Shown here in pieces: positions 8,626 to 16,567 of a stretch of 64,000 nucleotides of DNA (its first letter is position 1; each line of letters starts with the position of its first letter). The stretch spans positions 128,001 to 192,000 of the forward strand of contig OZ241892.1 of NCBI GenBank assembly GCA_965203485.1. The letters run 5' to 3'. A program made the position numbers and the translations under genes. Source of the DNA: Longimicrobiales bacterium (GTDB taxonomy: Bacteria; Gemmatimonadota; Gemmatimonadetes; Longimicrobiales; Gaopeijiaceae). A model generated the notes under the pieces. That model saw only the letters and a program-made list of their open reading frames with translations, did not search any database and was not told the DNA's origin.

Positions 8626-9824
8626 CGAAGCACATGCCAGAGGCAATTCACCGTTGGCGGCACCTTTCGGTGGCATGCCAGCGTCTGGGACCAGGACGGA
8701 TCGCTGTTCTTGCCTTGGCAGTCGTGTCGGCCAGTTGTGCCGACGCGGATCCGCCGCCAACGACGATGGCGACGGTGAACGTCGCCGACGCCCCACAGTG
8801 GAGCGTGGCGTCAAGCTTCGAGGTGGAACAGGACGAAGACGAACCCCTGGGTCGGGTGACCGGGGGATTGCTCCCGTCTGCCAACCTCATTGCAATCGCG
8901 GACGGTCTCAACTATCGCGTCGTTGTGGCGGATTCGTTGGGACGGCGCCTGCGGACGGTCGGCCGGGCCGGAATGGGACCGCTCGAGTTCGTGGAGATTG
9001 AGTGGATGGCCCGGTGGCCAGGAGATTCGGTGTTCGTCTGGGATTCTCGGTCAAGACGCTATTCGGTGTTTTCGCCGGAGACCGGCGAGGGCCGGACGGT
9101 TCTCCCGCAAGGAATGGAGACCCCGGTTTCCCGGGCGTTGCCGGGCGACGGCGGAGGCTTATGGGTGCTCGGCGTGGTGTTGGTCCCCAAGGAAGCTTCG
9201 CTCCCCCGCGGCCCGCACCGGTTCCGTCACGACTTGGGCTACTGGCAAGGGACGGGCCGCGTGAAGAAGGTGCATTCTCTGGCAGGACAAGGGCGCGTGG
9301 GACGGGGGCGGCCATGGCTGGGGGCCCCGATCACGGCGACCACGACGGGCGACGGCCTTTTCTACTTCACCGAGGGAGAGAGCCCCACGGTTGCCGTGCT
9401 CGATTCCACTGGCGTCGTGTTGCGGGAGATCAACGTGCGCGGCATGGCCGTTCAACTCACGGACGCGCGGCGCCAGAAGCTTGTTGAATGGCTGTACGAG
9501 TCGTCCGGCTATTCCGTCGCCGCCGTGAACCGGTCGCTCGATGCCGTGCCTTTGCCGGAGCAGTTCGACGCGATCTCCCGGATGGTCTTCGGCCGCGACG
9601 GAACGCTGTGGCTAGGCCAGCGGCCGGTGCCGGAGACGGAACGGCTCTGGCTCAACGTGACCACGGAGGGCGAGCCGATAAGGCAGGTGGCGATGCCCGC
9701 GGGAAGCGGCGTCATGCTGGACGCCGCCGGAGATCGTCTGCTCTTCCTGACGCGCGACGAACTGGACTTGGACCACATTCACGTGCACGTGATCGTTGCG
9801 GGAGGCCGGGGAAGACTGAGGTAA
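8622..9824 (+). CDS. Beta-propeller lipoprotein
   Basis: ATGA overlap with the upstream stop; lipobox-like VSAS-C; VGRAGMGPLEF, GDSVFVWD, GRDGTLWL and DELDLDHIHV. Confidence 0.8.
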   Translation: MTKHMPEAIHRWRHLSVACQRLGPGRIAVLALAVVSASCADADPPPTTMATVNVADAPQWSVASSFEVEQDEDEPLGRVTGGLLPSANLIAIADGLNYRVVVADSLGRRLRTVGRAGMGPLEFVEIEWMARWPGDSVFVWDSRSRRYSVFSPETGEGRTVLPQGMETPVSRALPGDGGGLWVLGVVLVPKEASLPRGPHRFRHDLGYWQGTGRVKKVHSLAGQGRVGRGRPWLGAPITATTTGDGLFYFTEGESPTVAVLDSTGVVLREINVRGMAVQLTDARRQKLVEWLYESSGYSVAAVNRSLDAVPLPEQFDAISRMVFGRDGTLWLGQRPVPETERLWLNVTTEGEPIRQVAMPAGSGVMLDAAGDRLLFLTRDELDLDHIHVHVIVAGGRGRLR

Positions 9825-9842
9825 GACGGCCGTTGCTGAGGC

Positions 9843-10125
9843 GTCGACTTGTCGGGCCGCTATCGCGCATCGGCGCTGTTGCCGGACAGGGTTGAAGTGA
9901 TCGGCGCATGGAGGAACAGGTCGATCGGGATCGAGCATGCCACAAAGCCGTTTGACCCGGTTCTCAAGTCGTGTCAATTGCGGGAAGCGATTCCGATGTA
10001 GCGCGTCTCGCCAATGGCATCGAACCCGGGAGCCTTGCGAAATCGGCAGCGGGGAGTTCTTGCGTTGCCTTCATGCCCGGAATCCCTACGCGCCGGCCGA
10101 GTCGGCGGAGAACGCGGGACCCCGA
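9843..10125 (+). pseudogene. Decayed copy of the DsbA-propeller 3' end and ECF sigma 5' end
   Basis: Colinear similarity to ~14254-14548 (e.g. gctgttgccggaca.ggttgaagtg, cccggttctcaagtcgt, cgaaatcggcagcggggagttcttgcg). Truncated by the ISL3 remnant. Confidence 0.85.
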
Positions 10126-11133
10126 GGCTCTTCCCCTGTTTCGGTGGGCGTCGTAGGATGGACGGGGGTACGGCATGGCTCTTGGAGCGAGGAGAGCGGA
10201 TGGAGATGCGGGAGTGGGTGGAGCGGCTGATGGGTCTGGGGCCGGAGTGGCGGATCGAGCGGGTGGACGAGGATTCGGAGCGCCAGGAGGCGCGGGTGGT
10301 GTTTGGCGCGCAGGGCGGGCCCGCCGTTGCGGTGCCCGGAGTGCGGGCGCGCGTGTCCGGGCTGCGACGTGCGACGCCGGGAGTGGCGGGGATTGGACGC
10401 ATGGGGATACAAGACGTTCGTGGTCTGCGACGTGCCCCGGGTGGAGTGTCCCGAGCACGGGGTGGCGACGACGCGGGCGGCCGTGGGCGGAGGGGGCGGT
10501 CGAGGTACACGGCGGCGTTCGAGTTGCTGGCGATTGGCTGGTTGCGCGAGGCGAGCGTGCTTGCGGTGTCGCGGCTGCTGCGCTTGAGCTGGACGGCGGT
10601 CGCCGGGATCATGGAGCGGGCGGTGCGCCGGGGCTTGGCGCGGCGCGGCGGCTGAGCGTGGACGATGACGTCGTTCAAGCGAGGCCACGCCTACGTGACG
10701 GTGGTGTCGGACGCGGAGACGCAGGACGTGCTGCACGTGGCGCCGGGGCGCCGGCAAGAAGACGCACGCCGAGAAGCTGGCGTTCGCCGAGTTGCGCAAA
10801 CTCGGCGTGGCTGCGCTGGTTGCAACGGGCGTCGGCGTCCGGCTCGGGCCGGTCGAGAAGGCGGCGGCGATGGGTCCCGGACGCGCCTGTGAGGCATCGT
10901 CAACGCCGTCGTGCTGAACGCGACCAACGGCCCGGCCGAGGGCGTCGCCAGCCGCATCCAAGCGATCGGGGCTCGGTGTCGCGGCTTCCGCAACCAGGAG
11001 CGCTTCGCCGCGGCCATTCTCTTCCACCTCGGCGGCCTCGACCTATGTCCGCCCCCCGCCCAGCGCTGACCGCCGTGCCCCTTTGCCACCTCCGCTCCGT
11101 CTTTTCCCCTCCCGCCACATCAGGGGAAGAGCC
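10126..11133 (+). mobile_element. ISL3-family insertion sequence remnant (frameshifted, internally deleted transposase)
   Basis: Terminal inverted repeats GGCTCTTCCCCTG / CAGGGGAAGAGCC. Fragments CPECG...[25 protein letters not shown] and NGPAEG...GFRNQERF lie in different frames. No clear target duplication. Confidence 0.85.
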
Positions 11134-11168
11134 GAATTTGTCCAGTTACGCCGCTCCTCGAAGCACGT

Positions 11169-11208
11169 GACGAAAAATGACACTCCGGAATTCCGCCTAC
11201 CTGCGTAT
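11169..11208 (+). promoter_or_regulatory. Conserved 40-bp cassette-head motif, copy 3
   Basis: GACGAAAAATGACACTCCGGAATTCCGCCTACCTGCGTAT, 36/40 identical to copy 1. Ends 48 nt before the peptide 2 ATG. Confidence 0.65.
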
Positions 11209-11256
11209 CCACTCATGTAAGCGGCGGTTCCACCACGAATCCACAAAGGAGGTTTC

Positions 11257-11484
11257 ATGAACCGCTTCATCCTGAACCTGCTGGCCGGCGCGACGATTCT
11301 GGTCGGCGGGTGGGTGCTCCTGTTCCCGGCGTCGGCGTCGGCGGACCCCGACGAGGCCTGTTGCAAGGTCACCATCACGAACGCCGACGGTAGCAAGGTC
11401 GAGCGCAAGTGTTGCGGGGACCGGTGCGACATCGACAGCGCCAACCAATGCAATGCGTGCACGGGGCTGGAATGCCTGCACTAG
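11257..11484 (+). CDS. Small secreted Cys-rich peptide 2 (75 aa, 8 Cys)
   Basis: AAGGAGG RBS; signal peptide ending ASA; CC-x15-CC-GDR-C-x7-C-x2-C-x4-C framework. Paralog at 59070..59273. Confidence 0.9.
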   Translation: MNRFILNLLAGATILVGGWVLLFPASASADPDEACCKVTITNADGSKVERKCCGDRCDIDSANQCNACTGLECLH

Positions 11485-12653
11485 CCTGCGGTCTCAGGCC
11501 CGTCGGTCGTGGGAGGGAGGCGCATGCCTCCCTCCCACTGGCTGGCGCAGTCGCCGTGGGGCAATTCTTGCTCGCGGCTTGCTCCGCCGACGCTCCCGCG
11601 GACGGGCGGCCATGGGCTTCGGCTCCGGACGGCGCCTGGATCGACGTGCGGATGGAAGTCGTCTCCGGCGCCGACCTGTCCCTCGGCGGCGTGGGCAACG
11701 TCGCCTTCGGCCGGCTGGGCGTCGTTTACGTTGAAGACTACACGGGACCGGAGTTGCTGGTCTTGGACTCCCTGCTGAGACCGGTGGCAAGCGTCGGGCG
11801 ACGAGGCGAAGGGCCGGGAGAATTTCTCTCGATAAGCACGCTTCAGGTTCTTCCTGGCGACAGCCTCATGGTGTTCGACTCCCGCCTCAGCCGCATGACC
11901 ATCTTCTCGGAAGAACGTCTCGACTCCGGCCGGACCACCGCCGTCCCCCCGCTCCTTTCCGTTTCGAGGCTTTGGCGATTGCCTGGCCCGGAGCGAAGAC
12001 ACATGGCCTACGATGTCCAACCGTTCTATGCCCGCGACAGCGGCGAGACGGACGACGAACGCTTCGACGTGCTTTCCATCCTCGACGGGTCGGCGCAGGA
12101 GACGGCATTCGACTCCGTTCTGCTGGTGCCACAACCCAGATCATTAGTTGTCAGATCTGGCGGTAGCATCACGACAGGGCCTCATCCCTACGGGAGCGCC
12201 AACTTCTTCGGAGTGTTGCCCGGCGGCGGCTTTGCCCACGTGACAACGCGCGCCCTGGCGGTGACGATCGTCGGCGCAGACGGCAAGCAGACCGAGTTTT
12301 CTCATCCGACGATTCCGATTCCCGTGTCGTCGGAGCACCTCGATTCCACTCTGGCAGCGTTGAATTCGGATCAAGCCCGAGTTCTCCGTGACGGCGCACC
12401 CTACACGTGGCCTCCCGTCAGAACCATGATCGTCGACGACCAGGACCGGATATGGCTTGCACTGCGAAGACAGCCCGGCGAGACGCATCGAGAGTGGGCT
12501 GCGTTCACGCGCGACGGCCGCCACGTCGCGTCGGTGCGCCTCGCGACCAGCCTATGGGCTCGTGCCATCAGCGGGGACAAGCTCTTGGCCTTGGCCCTCG
12601 ACGACCTCGACGTGCCAACGCTTCGTCTCTACCGCATCTTGTGGGATAGATAA
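11472..12653 (+). CDS. Beta-propeller lipoprotein
   Basis: Lipobox LAA-C; VGRRGEGPGEF, PGDSLMVFD, VDDQDRIWL and DDLDVPTL. Clear paralog of 57877..59082. Start uncertain. Confidence 0.85.
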   Translation: MPALACGLRPVGRGREAHASLPLAGAVAVGQFLLAACSADAPADGRPWASAPDGAWIDVRMEVVSGADLSLGGVGNVAFGRLGVVYVEDYTGPELLVLDSLLRPVASVGRRGEGPGEFLSISTLQVLPGDSLMVFDSRLSRMTIFSEERLDSGRTTAVPPLLSVSRLWRLPGPERRHMAYDVQPFYARDSGETDDERFDVLSILDGSAQETAFDSVLLVPQPRSLVVRSGGSITTGPHPYGSANFFGVLPGGGFAHVTTRALAVTIVGADGKQTEFSHPTIPIPVSSEHLDSTLAALNSDQARVLRDGAPYTWPPVRTMIVDDQDRIWLALRRQPGETHREWAAFTRDGRHVASVRLATSLWARAISGDKLLALALDDLDVPTLRLYRILWDR

Positions 12654-14411
12654 GTGAAGAAAATCGTCTCCAACGTCGTGACCGCCGTGCTGGTCGTCGG
12701 TGCTCTGCTGGTGACGGTTGCCGTCGCTCGTCGGGAGTTCACGGCGTCGTCCGCGACGCCGGCCTCGGAGCCCCGCCCAGCAGAGCCACGTCCAGTAGAC
12801 GACTGGCAAGCGCTGGCGACCGAGGGTGTCCGGATAGGGTCCCGCGACGCCCCCCTCGTGTTGATCGAGTTTGCCGATTTTCAGTGCCCGTTTTGCGCTG
12901 TGGCGGCCAACAACCTGCGCGAGGCCCTGTCGCACTACGGAGATGACGTTGCCGTCGTGTTTCGGCATTTTCCCCTTGAACACATTCACCCGCACGCCTA
13001 CGCTGCTGCCGTGGCGGCGGAGTGCGCCGCCTCGCAAGATCGCTTCGAAGCGTTCCACGACTTGCTTTTCGCCAGGCAGGACGAGATCGGCGAGACGCCA
13101 TGGGCGCAGTTCGCGGCGGCGGCGGCGGTGGACACCGTTCCCTTTGCCAGGTGCATGGAGGCGACATGGCCTCGCGACAGGGTGTTCGAGGACGCTCGCG
13201 CCGCGAGAAAAATCGGCCTTACGGGGACCCCGTCCATCGTCGTCGGCGGCCTTCTGCTGTCTGGCACGCCCAGCGTGGCGACGTTGCGAGAACACATTGG
13301 TCGGGCGTTGGCGGAAATCACGAAGGACTCGGCGGGACGCGCCTTGGTCGTTGATCGAGCCGCTGGCTCCGACCGCTTGCGACCATGGGCGTCGGGACCA
13401 TGGCTTGAAATCGAAGCTGAACGGACGAAATCGACGCCGGGGGGGTTTCTGGACTATCTCGGTATCGTTGCAGTTGGTCCGAGCGGGCGAATATATGCCG
13501 TGGAGCGGGGGAGCCGTCAAGTCTTGGTGTTCGATTCGAACCTGGAGTACGAGCACGCCCTGCCCAGTTCAATGGGGCGCAACCCCGTTTCCGCTCGCGA
13601 AGTGGACGGCGACAGCATCGTCTTCTTCGACTACGATTCCAAGACGACCCTTGTTTGGTCCGGCTACCACGCCGACCCAGGCCGCCGATCGAGCGTTCCC
13701 GGATTGGAGGGCTACGATCCATATGATGTCTGGAGGCTCGGAAACACGGCGGATTTCGTCGTGGCGTACCGTCGCCGCTCTTACTCGCAGGACGACCTCG
13801 ATGAACAGCGCTCGGATGTTGTTGGCCTAGCTAGGCGCGGGGCGCTCCGTGTCGATTCGATATTGTCTTTTCCGTCTCGCGAAGTGCTGGTTGTGACGCC
13901 CGAAGACGGGGGATTCTCGGTGGGGCCGCATCCGTTCGGGCGACGGCCGTACCTTCGTCTGGTGGCCGGCGACAAGATCGTCTATGCTCTTTCGGACGAG
14001 TTCAAGGTCACGATATTGAATCTGGCGGCCGGAACCGAGAGTCGGTGGTCGTACGAGGCGGAGGTGACGCAGGTCGAGGACGACGAAGTGGAGCGAGCGG
14101 CGGCGTCCATGCGGTCGGCATCCAGGGCAGATGCCCTGCTCGAAAACGCTCCGTACTTTCGTTCAGTGCTCGCGGGCTTGGCGGTGGACGACGATCGGGA
14201 ACTCATTTGGGTCGGCTTGAGAGCTCAGGCGGATTCGTTGGAGTGGGCGGCGTTCGACCTGTCGGGCCGCCATCGAGCGTCGTTGCTGTTGCCGGACAAG
14301 GTTGAAGTGGTTGGCGCGTGGAGGGACAGGTTGATTGGAATCGAATACGACAGAAAGCCCTTTGGCCCGGTTCTCAAGTCGTATTATTTGCGAGAATCGG
14401 GTACGATGTAG
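12654..14411 (+). CDS. DsbA/thioredoxin-like domain fused to a beta-propeller domain
   Basis: TM anchor; EFADFQCPFC, FRHFPL and GLTGTPS; propeller half with RPWASG, GPHPFG and LAVDDDRELIWV. Confidence 0.88.
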   Translation: MKKIVSNVVTAVLVVGALLVTVAVARREFTASSATPASEPRPAEPRPVDDWQALATEGVRIGSRDAPLVLIEFADFQCPFCAVAANNLREALSHYGDDVAVVFRHFPLEHIHPHAYAAAVAAECAASQDRFEAFHDLLFARQDEIGETPWAQFAAAAAVDTVPFARCMEATWPRDRVFEDARAARKIGLTGTPSIVVGGLLLSGTPSVATLREHIGRALAEITKDSAGRALVVDRAAGSDRLRPWASGPWLEIEAERTKSTPGGFLDYLGIVAVGPSGRIYAVERGSRQVLVFDSNLEYEHALPSSMGRNPVSAREVDGDSIVFFDYDSKTTLVWSGYHADPGRRSSVPGLEGYDPYDVWRLGNTADFVVAYRRRSYSQDDLDEQRSDVVGLARRGALRVDSILSFPSREVLVVTPEDGGFSVGPHPFGRRPYLRLVAGDKIVYALSDEFKVTILNLAAGTESRWSYEAEVTQVEDDEVERAAASMRSASRADALLENAPYFRSVLAGLAVDDDRELIWVGLRAQADSLEWAAFDLSGRHRASLLLPDKVEVVGAWRDRLIGIEYDRKPFGPVLKSYYLRESGTM

Positions 14412-14425
14412 ACGGCCTCTTGCAA

Positions 14426-15025
14426 ATGGAATTGGGCGGTGAGCCGCTGTTCCGCCGTGGCGAAATCGGCAGCGGGGAGTTCTTGCGCCGCCTTCATGCC
14501 CGAGATCCAGACGCATTGGCCGACTTGGCCGAGGAAGCGGGTCCGCGAATGCTCGGACGCATTCGTTCGCTGATTTCCGACGAAGAAGACGCCAACGAAC
14601 TATACCAGGAATGCTGGTTGCACCTCATGAAGCAGTTGGACAAGTGCACGAAACCGCGCAGCGTGGTGGGATGGGCGGTCGTGATCAGCGCGAATCACTG
14701 CAAGTCGTTGTTGCGCCGAAAGAAGGGCGGTCCCGTCCTCGTTCCCTTGGAGGAGGCAGAGGACATCGCCGACACGGCGCCGAATCCGGAAACGAAGTTG
14801 CAACGAATCACCGTGGAAGAAGCCGTGTGGGCTGCATTGGACCTGTTGCCCGAGCGGCAGCGAGAAGCGGTGATCTCGACGCTGATGGAAGGACGAAGCA
14901 ACGCCGAAACAGCCGTAGAGATGGACGTAAGCCCGCGGACGGTCAGCTCGTTGGTTGCCGCCGCTGTTCGGAAGCTTCAGGAGCGACGGGAGCTTCGACA
15001 ACTATTTCAGGACATGTTCCACTGA
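14426..15025 (+). CDS. ECF-type RNA polymerase sigma factor
   Basis: Region 2-like DANELYQECWLHL...GWAVVISANHC and region 4-like ALDLLPERQREAV...EGRSNAETAVEMDVSPRTVSS. Confidence 0.85.
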   Translation: MELGGEPLFRRGEIGSGEFLRRLHARDPDALADLAEEAGPRMLGRIRSLISDEEDANELYQECWLHLMKQLDKCTKPRSVVGWAVVISANHCKSLLRRKKGGPVLVPLEEAEDIADTAPNPETKLQRITVEEAVWAALDLLPERQREAVISTLMEGRSNAETAVEMDVSPRTVSSLVAAAVRKLQERRELRQLFQDMFH

Positions 15026-15137
15026 CGCGCAGGGAGGCGGAGAAGACATGCACAGGGTACGAGAGAGGAATCGTGGGATCGACGACCAGAATCTGCCGAA
15101 AAGTGCACGAACGCCGACTAGCTAGGAGAGCTCAAGA

Positions 15138-15374
15138 ATGAAGACAATGACGAGATGGATCATGTTGGGGACGTTGATCAGCGTCGCTTTGGCGCCGACG
15201 ACGTTCTTGGCGACGCGACGGCCGACGGAATGCTCCAGCTCCGGCGTCCGCCTGTTTGACTGTTGCCGGACGGCCAAGGACGGCGAGACCGGCTGTTGCA
15301 CCAGATGCTGCTGGTGGCCTCGTGGGTGTGGTGATTGCCCCGATCCGGCAGTCGGGGCGACTGGCGCATCATGA
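15138..15374 (+). CDS. Small exported Cys-rich peptide 3 (78 aa, 9 Cys, three CC pairs)
   Basis: AGGAG RBS; hydrophobic N-terminus; C...CCRTAKDGETGCCTRCCWWPRGCGDC. The stop overlaps the next ATG (ATGA). Confidence 0.75.
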   Translation: MKTMTRWIMLGTLISVALAPTTFLATRRPTECSSSGVRLFDCCRTAKDGETGCCTRCCWWPRGCGDCPDPAVGATGAS

Positions 15375-16528
15375 AAGACCGTTCGGTGGTGTCGTCAATG
15401 ATCGAGAGCGTCTTCGCGCGTCATGCGGCCGGAAACGTCGTAAAATTGTCGGGAATCTATTTGTTGTACGCTCTCTGGTTCACTCTCACTTTCCATGCAG
15501 GCATGCCCTACTTGGAACGCATCTTGTTGACCGGCGCCGGCGCAAGCTTTCAGATGGCAATTCTGGCAGGCGCGGCGGTCTTCATGTCTGCCACCGACCA
15601 CTTCGACGTGTTCGGAGACAAAGCGCCGGAGACTCGCAAGAGGGACTGGGGATGCTTGGCGCTTTTCGGCATCGCCGCCTGTTTGTTGATGGAGGTGGGG
15701 CTTCCCCTGACGGATTGGTTGCTGGAGGTGGTGGTTGGAATGCCGGAGGCGGACACCGAGACGCCGTGGAGCTGGACGATGCGCTACTTGGTTCCCGTAT
15801 CCGTGGCCGCGTTCGTCGTCGCATCCGGCGTTGCGGGGGCGGCGGTGGGTCGCATGACCGATTGGTCGTCGCCCGGACGCCGTCGCTTGGTGCGATGGCT
15901 GGGAGCGTTGGGGTTCACGGTGTTGTTCGCGGGCTCGCTGGTCGTCTGGACCGAAGTCGTGATCGTTAACGGATTTCCCTTCGCTGTCATCCCCGTTGTG
16001 CCGCTGCTACTGCCGCTCGTGGCCGCTTGTTGGTTGGTCCGGTCCCAACGCTATGGCGTGCTGGAGGTGTTGGGCTTGAGGCGGAGCGGCGGCCTCGCTC
16101 CCGAGGTGGTCGACCGGCTTGTGCAGGTGGTCGTAGACGCAGACGAGGAAGGCGCTTCGAGCATCGAGAAAGCGGCGAGGACCCCGGAAGAACTGGAGAT
16201 GGCTCGCTTCCTGAAATGGCTCCGGCACGCGGCAGCGCCTTCATTAGCGGTGAGCAAGGCGGAAGCGGAGGATATGGTGGCCTTTGCGCTGAAGATGGCC
16301 TCAGTGCCGCCGACGAAGCGGTCGCCCCACCGAGCATGGCGGCCGGTCTGGAGCAAAATCGGCGAGTTCGGATCGTCTTGGGCGATCTTGTCGGTCGGCT
16401 TGGCGACGGCAGGTTTGTCGGGTGGCCTGATTCCCAGTCCAGTGCCCGCACTGGCGGTTGGCGGATTCGGAGCGACCGTCAGCATGTTCCAAAGACTCCG
16501 CGATGCAAACAGCCCGCCGAAGGCATAG
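15371..16528 (+). CDS. Polytopic membrane protein of unknown function
   Basis: About six N-terminal hydrophobic segments, a soluble stretch, then further C-terminal hydrophobic segments. Translationally coupled to peptide 3. Confidence 0.75.
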   Translation: MKDRSVVSSMIESVFARHAAGNVVKLSGIYLLYALWFTLTFHAGMPYLERILLTGAGASFQMAILAGAAVFMSATDHFDVFGDKAPETRKRDWGCLALFGIAACLLMEVGLPLTDWLLEVVVGMPEADTETPWSWTMRYLVPVSVAAFVVASGVAGAAVGRMTDWSSPGRRRLVRWLGALGFTVLFAGSLVVWTEVVIVNGFPFAVIPVVPLLLPLVAACWLVRSQRYGVLEVLGLRRSGGLAPEVVDRLVQVVVDADEEGASSIEKAARTPEELEMARFLKWLRHAAAPSLAVSKAEAEDMVAFALKMASVPPTKRSPHRAWRPVWSKIGEFGSSWAILSVGLATAGLSGGLIPSPVPALAVGGFGATVSMFQRLRDANSPPKA

Positions 16529-16567
16529 GGAACCGAACGCGCGCGCCGACCAGCGAGACGCACCGGC

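Noticed and set aside
3769..15374. Cys-rich peptides as lanthipeptide, ranthipeptide or thiopeptide precursors
   Set aside because: No LanB/C/M, radical SAM, YcaO or peptidase-ABC transporter is nearby. The N-termini look like Sec signals and DsbA domains are adjacent. Enzymes acting in trans cannot be excluded.
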